DNA of 64,000 nucleotides from Psilocybe cubensis (lineage: Eukaryota): contig CM039009.1 in NCBI GenBank assembly GCA_017499595.2, forward strand, positions 2,108,001 to 2,172,000. The letters are read 5' to 3'. Both the position numbers and the translations under genes were made by a program. The notes below the pieces were generated by a model. It was not told the DNA's origin and searched no databases. It saw only the letters and a list, made by a program, of their open reading frames with translations. This document shows positions 26,901-44,968 of this stretch, piece after piece. Every line of letters starts with the position of its first letter. Within the stretch, counting starts at the first letter, position 1.

Positions 26901-27749
26901 GAAACAAGCAAAAACTTAAATTGAAGGGTGATCGGGTTTCCATGTTGCTTGTATCCTATGTCCAATTTCTGAGTCACATTCACACTTTCTGGTAAAGCAC
27001 CGTTTTATAATGTGAAAAATGACATTTCTCATAGTCCAATTTATGAGCAATATATAATACAACCTAATTAACCTACTCGTAAGCTGTGTAGAATAAGGGC
27101 CAAATTTTACAGCATAGGAATACGCTGGAAGACAGCGTTGTACACCACCGACTTAAACAAACACACAAAATGCTCCATCTAAACGGGGACATGGTGGCAT
27201 GCCTGTCTCAAGGTTGGAGGGTATATGTAGCCGACGGCAAGGGGGGTGTAATACATGGTGACTTGAGGGTGTTGTACAGCATGATAAGAAATTGTACTCA
27301 CCTGCTTTGGCCTGTATGTCAACCTGTTAGTGAACGAGGAGGTGGTGTGAGGGCATTTCGGAGAAGGGCCTCCAGCCGCTCACAGAGTGGTTGAAACTCC
27401 GACTCCCCCCGAGCCGGCCAACCACAGTCACACACTAGAGGGCCTGAACAGCAGTTCTACCTGACGTGACAAACAGGAAAGTAACGCAGTGCCAGGACCC
27501 CCACCCACCGCTTCTTGATAGCGGAACAGTTGCCTTATGTAGACCATGTTTGAGGCGGCAACCGTAGACGGCGGTCGATTGGAATTCTGTAATTTCCACG
27601 AAAGAGTGATATGGTATACCTGACATTGAAGGTTGCAATTTAGGATATAACCTTGGCGGGTCCGGCATCTCTGGTGCGTGCAGTTCCAGTGTTGACGTGC
27701 TAGGGTACGTGCGTAGCACATTTGACGAGTGTGATCCTTGTCGTAGCAT
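23983..27749 (-). CDS. TKL-like protein kinase with an N-terminal USP8-dimerisation (MIT-like, AMSH/Doa4-type) domain; intron 1 carries a transposon
   Basis: Kinase motifs GGGYADVY, VAIK, REIRLW, HPNV, IHGDLTTGNIL, DFGLS, PRWAAPE, DIYSLG, CW...RP. N-terminal LKRYL...GDLESAFVRYAQAAKLVLEEIPGHRQY...HNLAL|NGQ. Exon 27749-27620 (130 nt) splices in frame to the acceptor at 26089 (G|AC ATG). An alternative start at ATG 26086 is possible. Confidence 0.82.
26107..26133 (+). repeat. Left terminal inverted repeat TACGGTTGCCGCCTCAAACATGGTCTA
   Basis: Exact reverse complement of 27540-27566. Confidence 0.95.
26430..26544. repeat. Cluster of nested inverted repeats inside the transposon
   Basis: Perfect 14-bp stem GAATCGTTGAAGCG (26507-26520) / CGCTTCAACGATTC (26531-26544); also GCAGAGGTGATTCT / AGAATCGCCTCTTGC and ACGATTCA / TGAATCGT. 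Confidence 0.8.
27540..27566 (-). repeat. Right terminal inverted repeat
   Basis: TAGACCATGTTTGAGGCGGCAACCGTA, followed by GACGGC. Confidence 0.95.
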
Positions 27750-28387
27750 AGGTGCTCAAAACATTGAGGAGAATAGCAATTGGTGATGATGGTGAAGCAA
27801 AAGATGCGCAGTACAGGATGTTCATTTAATCGACAGCACACATCCTGTTGTGGCCTGTGCCTTGTCCCGTTGGCGCCGGTATCTATCGTTTACACGTCAA
27901 GTTTGAGACTCAGAGTCTGCCAGGCAGTACCAGCTCTGCCGACGGCGCGGCAGTTGCAATTGTCGTGTCGGACACGCAGCTCAGATCGACACAAACTGTT
28001 CCGTGGCATTACGCAAAGTTGAATTCAATCAACGCTGGACAGAATCCTGATCTATAGTATAATCCAAAGGGCGTAACTGTACGCAACGCTAGGTATTTTT
28101 CCACAACATAAAGTACGAACAGTAAAATGTTCAACAAAAAAAGGAAATGAGCCAAAAAAGAGCGGGTATATATACTAGAGAAAAGAGCATCAAAATGAGG
28201 GAAATTACGTGGTGGCCCACTTGGGGAGAAAACGCGTCGAACGTTGGCGGAGTGTGATTTTCATGCAATCGTCAAAAATGTCAAGAAAAAGAGAAAGCCC
28301 CAATGGCGAATGAGGTGCGACAAGAGAGGATATAAGCTGAACGAGAGTTGCGACAGAGATGCGCGCTTCAAGTCAGTTATATCGCGT

Positions 28388-29915
28388 TCATCGTCTGTTG
28401 GTGCCGCTGCGGCCGTATCCAACTTGGAGGTTCTCCAACTCAGCCTCGAGTTGCTTGATAGCGCTGTGCGCCATCTCGAGATCCTTGTTCAAGCGATCAC
28501 GCTCGGCAATCAACTGTAAAAAGATAATAGTCAATACTCAAATAAAAAAGCAGCTTCATAACGTCGACGTACATGCTGCTCCCATTGCCTGAATCTCGCT
28601 TCCTCAGCCTTGACCTGTTCGGTGAACTTCTTCCTCAGCTGTTCTTCCTCCTCCTTGAACTTGGGGTTGTCAGGCTTCCTGATCTTGGCCTCTCCGAATT
28701 TGCGAGTCTCCATCTGTGCCTGCCTGTAGTTCTCGTAGTGGAGCTCTTCCGACGTTGAAATCAAATCCAACATGTGTGTTCGGATGAGGAGGGAGCGCAA
28801 TTTCTTGAAGTCGCAGTGGTCCTCATTCTCAACTAAATTTTGGGTATGGTATTAGACTAAAGATATCTGAATTAGCGAAGGAATCAACACAAACCTTCGG
28901 CAACACCCCAAATATATTCACGACCCTTGACGACACGGCCATCAGGAGTCCTGACGTCTTCAGTCGAACCAATGATGGAGAAAGGAATGGCATCAATCAA
29001 GACACGGGCGTGGTCTGCGTTCTCGTCGTCGGATTCGATAGGTGGCGTGTAAATGCGGATGCCTTGCGCAGAAATCACTTCGCGAACCTAAACGTACAAG
29101 ATAGGCGGAAGGGCGGGGACAGAAAAAATGGTAAATGAAACTATAGCAAAAATGATCAGTGATGTTGCCACGTACCCGTTGCTTGAAGGTATGGAGGTCG
29201 TTTTGGGTGAGGGTGTCGGCTTTGGCGATGACTGGAATCAAATTGACGCGGGTTCCAAGGCGCTTCATGATTTCGATATCCAGAGGCTTCAAGCTGTAAC
29301 CATTTCAGTAACTACGGACAATGTTGGAAATAAAGTGCACATACGTGTGGCCGGTGGGGCGAATGAAGTAGAGGCAAGCGTGCACACGAAGGTCAGTCTT
29401 CTCGTGTCTCTGCGGCTGCTGCTCCTGACGCATGTACGCTTCATGTTGGTCGTCAATGAATTCGACAATAGGGAGCCAGGAGTCACGGTTGTTAACATAG
29501 TCTCCGAATCCAGGGGTATCGATGACGGTTAGCTTGACTTTGAACTGACGCTCCTCAAGCTCAGCCTTGATGATTTCAACTTCGGTCAGTTTGTCGAGCT
29601 GCTTGAAGTGACGTTTGCTGTAGTTTTTAGGGGGTGACAGCTCAGTCGAGAAGAGGGTGTTGATCAACGTGGTCTTTCCCAAACCAGACTCGCCTATTGA
29701 CACTCATTAGACAGTCGAATCTAAAGCTGTGGGCATGGTCAACTCACCGACAACCATAATGGTGAAGTGGGCACCACGTTTTGCGACAATCTTATGCCTC
29801 TGTCACAGTTCCGACGCGTCAGTCGCTGTGCGTCTGTGTACCAAAACTTTACAAGTACCTGGTTGGGCAGGTTGGCAATGCCAATACCGTCAAAAGAGGG
29901 TGTAGGGAGGGCCAT
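28388..29915 (-). CDS. CDC12: Septin, Cdc12/AspC/Spn4 group
   Basis: [71 protein letters not shown]-terminal coiled coil [23 protein letters not shown]...LNKDLE. Confidence 0.9.
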
Positions 29916-30538
29916 TGTGGAAATTGTTTGGGGGATGTGGGGAACAACGACGACGTCGACGGGCAAAAATCAAGCTCACGCAAAATCGTTTGAGAAAGGA
30001 AGTATTTGGCTTTATTTGCTTCGTGGCGGTTCAAGCTCAGTTCATCTTCAGCAACTCTCTCTCAAATACTGATTCACATTGTATACAATCTACCTCTGAT
30101 TCCACAGTTATATTACCTGTACTCTAATGAGCGTTCATTTGGAATAAAATGGGTTAAAAACTTTGTTCTCAATCCTGCCAAACTTGTTAGACTCGCCCGC
30201 GCAGAGTCAGTTCATCTGTCTCGCTATAGATACAGAGTTGCTGTAAACCCTTCCTCGAGTCCTCAGCGGCAGGTATACAATAATTCCATATCTATATCTC
30301 CAATTCTATGTCCTCTTCTTGATTTGACCATTATAATTTATACGCTGTGCTCACTGTTTTGTGCCTAGTTAATAAACTCATAAAGACAGCACTCAAGAAA
30401 ATAATGGTTATTGTAAAGTCACATTTTCATATATTAGCAATTTCAATTCACAATAACTTATGTAGTAGGTTCTGAGGGAGTTCCGTGAAGACGTTCAAGT
30501 TCAGCTCCCTTGTTGCTCCCTTGAGGGTTGTTTACATA

Positions 30539-30550
30539 TGACGTCACGTG
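30539..30550. promoter_or_regulatory. Overlapping CRE (TGACGTCA) and E-box (CACGTG) in the CDC12/PRP43 divergent promoter
   Basis: TGACGTCACGTG about 90 nt upstream of the PRP43 ATG; motif match only. Confidence 0.3.
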
Positions 30551-30636
30551 ATGTGTACATTTTTTGCTTTGGCGGCACCGATGGTGTTGGAGGTTACGTT
30601 CATCTTTCTTTCCTTGTTCAAAATCCAATTCACAAC

Positions 30637-33589
<2,953 letters not shown>

Positions 33590-34592
33590 CGGAATATCGC
33601 TGCAGCCAGCATATCTCAAATCGCCACCTCCTCTCTAACGCGCCTGCCGTCGTTTTGAATCTGGATTAACTGCAAACAGGGGGATGTACTTTTAATCATT
33701 CTCGAGCGCTTTTTTGGCGACCTGCATTTTTCCATAATTCACCCGAGTCCGTCGTGGTGTACCTTCTTTCCTTCTTAATTGGCTTACTTTAGTCGTGTTA
33801 TGTATGTATATAGATCCATTTTGTATGCTCTTATCAGGCCATAGTTGGTGCCTGCTTCTAAATCGCTGTGTTTCATGCCGATTTAACTTTGTTGGTGGAC
33901 CCAGAGAATTTTTTTCGCCCTCTTTATTTACCACAGTACTTTACGTCTGGTCTTTTAGAGTTTGGACTCAGCCCTCAACTCCTTGTTGCAGGATTACTAT
34001 GATCCGCTATGTGTCCTCATAGGTATATGCTATTCCTGCTTGGGAACAAGAGTTTTTGAAAAATTCGAACGATCCCATGAAATCCAGATGCCCTTTGAGC
34101 GATCCATCATAAGAAATCTCAGTCTACACTGCTTCGCATCCTAGCATCCATCACTGGTGAGCTTTGGTGATGATCCTGGCAAAAATTGCCCTGGGATACC
34201 TATTTAAACAGTTGTTGGTTGATTCAGACTAGTCTAGCTCAAACTTGACTGTAAAATTTGCACTTCAAAAATAAATTGTTTCCAAACCAAAGTATACTGT
34301 ATTCTTACAGCGGCATTCTACTTAGCACCCGTCATTAAACCCTGTGTCCTCTCTTTGCGGCCTTACTGTAAGCCGACTTGGAGCATAACAAATTGATAGA
34401 AAAACGTCAATGAAACGAGAATAGCAAAAGCGATTGGGACAATACTGCTTAAACATTGCTTCGGAGGTGTTTGACGAGTCCTCTGGCAGTAGCTCCACAT
34501 TATCGGTGTCCATGATCAAGCCGACCTTGTTAGTCCGGCCTAATTTAGCGCGCGCCGAGCCGGAACAATGATCATCGCAAACATCGCTTCAT

Positions 34593-34740
34593 CCCCAGAG
34601 CCCCAATTGTCGAGGTGGGTCATGCCAAGCGGCTACGGCACAACTTTCAACATAACACGCTGAGGAAACGTGAACCTTGCCATCAAACCCAGCCCCACCT
34701 CCACCCCACAAATCTGTTCACAGGACCATGAAATCTCCAG
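34593..34740 (-). promoter_or_regulatory. Cluster of SYGGRG (CreA/Cre1/Mig1-type) motifs upstream of the sugar transporter
   Basis: CCCCAG 34593, CCCCAC 34693, CTCCAC 34699, CCCCAC 34704, CTCCAG 34735, all on the same strand, 400-550 nt upstream of ATG 35138. Confidence 0.4.
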
Positions 34741-35137
34741 TAGAACTTGCAATGCACTCGTAAAAGTCCGACCTCTTCTTAGAATCGCAGATTGGGATTT
34801 CCACAAGGAGCGGTGAATCCGTTCAATGCACTGGAATTGTGTGAAGCAGGAAGCTCTATGGGGTCGAGGAATCTCGAGCCATGTGGTTAATGAAACCATT
34901 CGCGAATGCCCATGACGAACTGTCTGTCAGGAAGCTTTGGCCAGTTCTGGGTTACGACTCAGCCTGGTGCCTTTCGAAGGGCGTCTTTCACTTTTTGGGC
35001 ACTCCGACGAGATCAATCAAAAAATGGAGTCTGTGGAAGCACTACATAAACTGTGGCTATCTCTGGCGTACTTTTCAATCTTACTCCCGTAGGGTTTTCA
35101 TCTCACGTCCCCTTCTTCGACTTCTCCTTCTCTTTCA

Positions 35138-37652
<2,515 letters not shown>

Positions 37653-38246
37653 TACTCAGGTGCCGTTCCCTTTACCTGTAGCAATTCTTGTAATCGTATA
37701 CTACAAATTTTGAGCTTTTTTTGGAGCATCATGGTCTTCACTAGCTATTGATATAAATTTTGAATTCAATAAAATTTATGATACCTACTCTCAACAATTC
37801 GGAACATGGAATGAACTTGGGTACTCGAAGAGTCAAAAGATGGTCTCTCAGTCGACCAACATGCCCCCTGACGCTCTGATGTCAGTGAAAAGCTCAATCA
37901 TTCGGAGAATGCCGAGTACACCCTGTAACTGTGACGAGAGTGACATTCGTCACATCAGCTTGATAACAACAGTCATATATCATTCACGCCGCACACAGTA
38001 TTCATTGCCCAGCCTTCTCCCCACCGACTTCACAGCTCTCCCAATGTCTCTATAGGACGTTCTACATGCGAGCCACTGGGTGTCACTAAATCGTTTGTAA
38101 GATACCAGCAGTTCACAAACACATAACACTGGAAGGCGGCCTTCAGGCTCCGCTATATTCGGTTGAACAGTCCAGCAAATATCACACTGGAAATGTAAGT
38201 GGAAATTAACCTCGTTTCATGCTCGGGCGACTGAAAAAAATACCAG

Positions 38247-40194
38247 ATGAGCTTTTTTGGGTTTGATTACTTAAACTTTTCTCCGAAGAGGTCGTCCACT
38301 TCAAAAAGCCATGATACCTCTTCCAGCAGTTGTAAGTTCAAATGCTGATACATTGCCACTCAGTAGATCTTACAACATATAGCATCTAGCTCCAACAGGC
38401 GAGCTCTCGATTAATTGTCACATTCCATCAGTCAGTTAACAATGAGTTCCTTCTTTAAAGTTCTGCAGAGTCAGACTTGTTACGCCAGAACGAGGAGCTG
38501 AAGACAATGCTGGCTGAGTTAGCGGCGGAGAATGCTCGATTGAAGCTGCAGACCACAAAGTTATTAGATGAGACCACCGAACCCGTTCAAACTACTATCG
38601 TGACGCCCGCACAAGCTGCCAGCCCGTCATTCACCACCCTCAACCGACAAGCTCCCATCATGCCCAAAAAAGATGTCTTTAGATGGGCGAAGCTTTCAGA
38701 TCTGGGAGCTCTGCAGGAAGAAGATTCCACAGACGACCTGGTTTCTGGCGATGCAAGCGACTCCGACGACAGCATTGCCGATGCACTTGAAGCGATGAAC
38801 AAACTATTAGTGCTGGATGGACAGGATTCGCCAATTGAGGAAAATGGGAATGGTTTATCTTTCCCAGACTCAGCAGAATCCTCATTTTCAGCTTCGTTAC
38901 TGAGCGGCGTAACAACGGAGGACCTTACTGGCTTTGTCGTCAAGGATAGTGAATATCCCGCGCACGGTGGAGGATATGCCGATGTATATACTGGCACTCT
39001 GTCAAAAGAAGGAAAGAAAACCAAGGTGAGAATCAATTACTTATGACGTGCAGGCCACCACGCACAACTTTTTAACTGCTTTTGAGGTGGCTATAAAAGT
39101 GATCCGGGCACATACGTATACGCCGAGCAATCAATGGAAGATAGAAAAGGTTCTCTTTCCCCCGTCATCATTTTCGTCCTTCCCAGCTCATACTTATCTC
39201 ATTTGATAACAGAGGCTGCGACGCGAAATACGTCTGTGGTCGTGCTTGCATCATCCAAACGTTGTACCGCTGCTGGGAACTACTATGAGTTTCGGCTCTC
39301 ATACTTCTATGGTCTGCCCCTGGATGAACGAAGGAAGCTTGCACCATTATCTTACTGACAGGAAATCCGAGTTAAACCTTAGGAGGCGTTTGCAAATTGT
39401 AAGTATTCAAAAGATTACATCGTTCAAACTATTTAAAAATAACGTAACGCGAAGCTGTCAGACGTTGTAGAAGGCTTATCATATTGTGTGGATCATTTCT
39501 TGATGAATTTCCTGTTGCTCGAGTTAATGAATCACTTGTACAGTGCATTCACAGCCAGTCATTCACGGCGATCTCACAACGGTTCGTACCCTTTTCTCAA
39601 CGTTTTAAGCATTCTCTGATTACAGGTTTGAGTAGGGTAACATACTGATGGACGGCGGGAAGGCACATCTAAGCGACTTCGGCCTATCAAATGTCATGGC
39701 AGAAGCCCGAATCAATTCGTTCTTAAGCTCCACAGTTGGAGGGGCCCCGAGGTGGACAGCACCTGAACTCCTTCACGTAGGTACGGACCCTATTGCCCCT
39801 GCAGATATGACCAAAAAATGCGATATATATTCGTTTGGGAGTGTTGCGCTGCAAGTCAGTCCTTCAAATTTTTATTCTGAGAACGACTTGCAGAACTTTT
39901 TTGCAGGTTATATCCGGAAGGATACCCTACGAGGATATCGTTTCTGAGGTCCAGGTCATCATGCAGCTTATAAAAGGTATCAATCCTCCAAGGCCTGCTG
40001 AGCCACTTCTTTCAGACGCATTCTGGGAGTTTATTGTTCTATGCTGGAGTCGAGACCCGTTTAAACGACCTGAAATCGACCAAGTCAGAGAGAAGCTCCA
40101 ACTATTACGCTACAGCTGCACCGAGGAGACATTGGCTTCCAATATTGTCGATTGTGATAAACAGCCAGAACAGGAAACCAATGACAATGAATAA
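38247..40194 (+). CDS. TKL-like protein kinase, paralog of the 23983-27749 kinase, with a coiled-coil/acidic N-terminus
   Basis: TEDLTGFVVKDSEYPAHGGGYADVY, VAIK, LRREIRLW, IHGDLTTGNIL, DFGLS, PRWTAPE, DIYSFG. Start inferred at ATG 38247 via a 16-nt exon (38383-38398) and a GC-AG intron (38399-38460) that keep the frame. Confidence 0.85.
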
Positions 40195-40736
40195 ACCATT
40201 AAACGTTAATATTAAACCCCCAACCTCAGGATGTACTACTTCGGTGGGTGAAACAAACCGTTCTAATGGCCAACCTTATCCACGGATTTGCCTTTCAGTT
40301 CTCACCTGCGACTTCACGAAGAAGTCCAAAGATTCATTTCACAAGGTCACAAGCAAATACAGAAATCTACCACATTGTATTAACCTACGAAATGTCCATC
40401 TTCCCTTGAATCGCCATTTCTTGAAACTCCGGGGAGTTTTGCAGTTATTCAGAAACCTTAGGAAAATTATCGACAGCATCGCAGATTAAATTTATGTCGA
40501 AAACTTGAAATACGTTCACGAAATTTCTCCAGGTTGGGAGTATTAGTAATCTGTGATTCAATCTGAGCATTATCTGGGAATGAAACGTGTGATTTCTCAA
40601 TAGCATCCGGGATATTTTGGTTCCACCGGGTTAGAGCACCGTGACCAGTTGGGTGGTCGCCATCATCAAGTTTGTTATATGGTCGACGTCGACGTTGGGC
40701 GTTGATCACATACACTCCCGAAAGCCCACCATAGTA

Positions 40737-43700
40737 ATGGTCCAACCCAGAAGGCGTGTCTCGTATATAATACCATCGCCTTCCGAACCTCCGCCTCGCC
40801 TTCAACTTCCTCCCCATGGGGTCTCGCGACTGGGTGCTACAGGCCCTCTCTTAACGCTATACAACAGTGATGATGAGCCGGGAGGGAAGTCTACGTCACA
40901 CAATGTCAGCCAACCTCGCCATAGACTTGGTGTTGCATCATTGGCGCTTGACTTGTCGACGCAACTGATTGGACGGAATGCGCCTGAAGGTATCCTTTAC
41001 TCTGGTGGCAGGGATGGTCTTGTAATGTCATGGGATCTGGGAATAACGATGAAGAAGAAATTTGTAGACACGGCCAATGTGGGGTCGAAGAGAGGGAGGT
41101 GGGAGGCTATGACAGGTTGGGGGGATGACTCCATTGACGAAGAGGCGGAAGACGGAGAGGAACGACTTGTGAGCGATGGCGATATCCTCGGGGATGTAAC
41201 GACAAACGCAGATAGACGTCGGCGAGCTGCCAGTGTCTCCGGTGAACTGCCTCATGAACGTCAGTGGGAAACGGACATCCTTTCTTTCAAACCAGGCATG
41301 GTACGCGTTCGTTTTCCATCACCATTCCTTTCTCCTGATAACGTTGCAGCCAACGCAATTTAGGCAGTGCGCACAAGCCCATGCTGACTGGGTGAACGAT
41401 ATCCTTCTGTGCAATTATAATCAAACAGGTTCGTTAGTCCAGTTCTTTCTTGACTTTCGCCTCTCATAGTATACAGTGGTCTCTGCATCATCCGATGGGA
41501 CCGTAAAAGTATGGAACCCACATGCTTCTGTTGCCTCAGACCCTTCGATTATAGGATCGCACAGTGACTATGTGAGATGTTTAACCCATTGGTGACTGCC
41601 TACGTTTTCCTTCAGCTTCACACGGTTTTAACACATTAACAGTCGTGAACAGAGCTGGGTAGCATCAGGATCGTTTGACAGAACTATCAAACTGTGGGAT
41701 CTTGGCCGCCCACCCGCTGCTCAAGTCGAGCCATTGGTTACCCTAAACCCTCCCGATGCGACCGCCCCAAAGTCTTCTGTATATGCATTGGCTGCCGATC
41801 CATACGGGAAAACTATAGCCTCAGGTTCACCTGAACGAGTTGTTCGTTTGTGGGATCCTCGAACAGGAAAGCGCACTGGAAAACTTGTAGGGCACACGGA
41901 CAATATTAGAGCAATTTTAATTTCTGACGACTCTAAATACGTCAGTGTTGTTTCTTTTGTTTCTCGGGATTAGCATGCTTACCGACCTTTGGAATAGTTA
42001 TTGACAGGCTCTGCGGATGGTATTCATTTTTTCATCCTTTTATTTATCTATCGCTCATTTTGTATAGCTTCCATCAAGTTATGGTCTTTATCGTCGCAAC
42101 GATGTCTACACACTTTTACTCATCACACTGATTCTGTTTGGTCACTGTTCTCGGATCACCCCTCTTTGGAAACGTTTTACTCCGGTGATAGGTCTGGACT
42201 GGTCTGTAGGGTGGACGTAGAAGGTTCTCCAGATATTTCTGAAGGCGAATGTGTGGTCCTTTGCAACGATGCCGTTGATCAATCTCGGTCTTCATCTGAG
42301 GGCATTAACAAGATAGTCGTCATGGATGACCATTTGCTTTGGACCGCGAGTGGTTCATCGAGTATCAAACGTTGGAATATTCCTCAACGGCGCGTTGCGA
42401 GAGCCATTCAATCTCATTCACCGGAATCCGAGGGCCAGACATCCCCCAATGTCTTTAAACGCCGTGCACTGGTGTCTGCAGACTCTCCTTCAGAGGCGAG
42501 CACTCGCCCATCTACCGGTCAAGGACACTCTCGTCGGATGTCGTTCTCCCCTTCGGTCGCCTCCCTAACATCAGATTCGGAGCGATGGAGAGACCGTGAA
42601 ACCGATGGTAAGCTAAACGGTTTGCCATACGACAGTCTTGTCAAGCTCGTTTCCCCAAACGACTCCTTCACGCCATACAGTTCCAACCGGAATCGTGACC
42701 CAGAAGTAGCAACATTATATTCTGCGGCATCCGTGATGTCAGTCCCTCGACAAGCTACAAGGGCTTCTGTGTCTGCTCAGACTGCGTTGTCAGCATCTCC
42801 TTCCGGGCTAACTGGTCCTTTGCAGAGCTCGCGAACGGAGGAGACCGTACTTGTCACTAATACGTCCCGCGCTCTCTACGAAGATCGCGAGCTTGCCGCT
42901 GATGCCATTCCATTGTGCACTGATCCTGACGGTGTGATTCCAGGTGACCATGGTCTTGTGCGATCTGTTATTCTGAATGACAGGATAAATGCTCTCACTG
43001 TCGACACCGCTGGTCAAGTCGCGGTATGGGATATCGTTCGAGGGCAATGTCTTGGGTTGTATCGTCCTGAGGACGTGGCCGCCGCAAGCCACGCAGGAAG
43101 TACAGCGAATGGAGCTGAAGAAAAAGAACGCAGTCCCCGTGAAGCACTAGAGGCTGTCCGGGAACGAATTGAGGGCGAAGGTGTCATATCAAGTTGGTGT
43201 ATGGCTGATACGAAGTGCGGTGTTTTGACGATTCATCTAAGCGAAAGGTGCTTTGATGCTGAGGTGTACGCAGACGAGGTCGGGTTTGCTATGAGTTCCC
43301 AGTTCAGTGATGAATCCAAACGTACGTTTATGCCTATTGACAAGTAATATTTCTAGCTGATTTGTTGTTGCATCGTGACTTCTTGCAGTGAACGTTGGTA
43401 AATGGGTTCTACGAAATTTATTCATCGGATTTATTCAAGAGGAACTCCGTCTTCACCAATCTCCTGACAAAGACGATAAATTGCCTGGGACACTGAGTCG
43501 CAGCTCTAGTCAAGAGACAATCGACCCAAACATCCGAAATCGATTACCTGCCCACTCTGAGTCGACGACCAGGAAAAAGCACAGACCTCGCGCAAGCAGC
43601 ACCGTGATAAACTCGCCCGACATGATTCCGGCTACTCAGACTCCTAATGCCCCAGTGCGCTCCTCCCCCTTGCTTACACCTTTGATTCCTCTTCACACAT

Positions 43701-44968
43701 TGAATGGAATACGAGAAAATCCCAATTTCTCTGTTCTTCCCCCTATACCTCAATCCCCTCCTGCCCAGTACGACGTGACTCCCACCCCAGGAGCGCACCA
43801 GCGTCGTGCACGATCTGGGACCATTGACGGCGGCGCTGCTGCTACGCCAATTGCTGGCGCGAAAGATGATTATTTCTCAGCACGTACTCGACAACCACAG
43901 GGTGGGGTCCCTGCCTCACCCGATGATTTCTCTGGTTGGACAGGACCTAATAAGGCGGAACCTGCTACACCTAGTACACCTAGCGGCCTAATGGGAAGGC
44001 TAAGGAATTTTGGAAAGATAGGCAAAAGGCCTGTCAGCGACGTCCCAAATGTATCAAATGTCGCTACACCAACTGCTGAGACCCCTCATCCTGCTGATGC
44101 AAGTTTCTCCTTACTTCCAATTGATTGTTAGACTCACTGACAATCTTTTCTATCTTTCAGGGACGCACAACGGTTGAAATAGAGAGGACACCATTGCAGA
44201 CGCTCCTGTCTGCGCCTTTGACTCCACCATCATCCGCTGACGCACCCTTGCATCCCCTTTCTCCACAGACCATCGTCCTTATATCCGAAGAGGCTCAGCC
44301 TAGTTATACCACTCTATACCGCCGAGATGTCGCTCACATCCACGAAGACATTGAGGCCCTCGAAAACGCAATGCCAATGTGGCTTACGGAGTATCTATTA
44401 CTCAACAAAATACCTTTATCTACACCTCTCGCAAAATTGAGTTTTGTTCTGATGCCATGGAATAAGGATCCGGATGTCGAACCGCTTCCTGAGTTGCTGA
44501 ACACGTACGTTAAATCCTCCAATTGGTTCTTCGTTTTTGTTCACCGTTGTTTTTCATTCCCCCTTTTTATTTCTTAAAGCACACAATCCAAATTAACTGC
44601 AAATCGCTACTTGCGTGTGCGAAAAATTGTTAATCATGTAAGTCCTTGTATGATGCGAGCTAGGATTGTGACCTTGCACCAGGGCTCTATTCTAACTGAC
44701 TTTACCTTTTTAGGTGCAAGATAAGCTGGAGAAAATGGCTCATGGTTCTCGGGCCGGGTCTATTCGATCATCGATTGAAGATAGTCAAACAGGATCCAAA
44801 GCTCCTCGTCCACGCGCCGAAGACGAATTTGAAATTCTTTGCAATGAAGTAGTTCTACCGCTTGGAATGTCTCTTGCTGCTGTCCGTCAATACGTATGGA
44901 AATCAGGCAATGAGCTGGTCATGCATTACCGACGGAAGCGAATGACAATATCGGGTCCTCTCCAATGA
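40737..44968 (+). CDS. WDR48: WD40-repeat USP activator WDR48/UAF1 (Bun107/Duf1-like) with C-terminal DUF3337-like region
   Basis: [59 protein letters not shown]-terminal [13 protein letters not shown]...EILCN...[12 protein letters not shown]...MHYRRK; GC-AG intron 44099-44160. Confidence 0.9.

Larger units (their letters stand above)
26107..27566. mobile_element. Non-autonomous TIR DNA transposon, 1460 bp, IS3EU-like termini
   Basis: Perfect 27-bp TIRs (26107-26133 and 27540-27566) flanked by the direct repeat GACGGC (26101-26106, 27567-27572). No long ORF. Removing it restores a normal 65-nt intron. Confidence 0.85.

Noticed and set aside
27170-27394. ORF inside the transposon containing VIHGDLR, like a kinase catalytic loop
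   Set aside because: No other kinase motifs nearby and it is on the opposite strand to the host kinase; most likely chance. BLASTX would settle whether it is a captured fragment.
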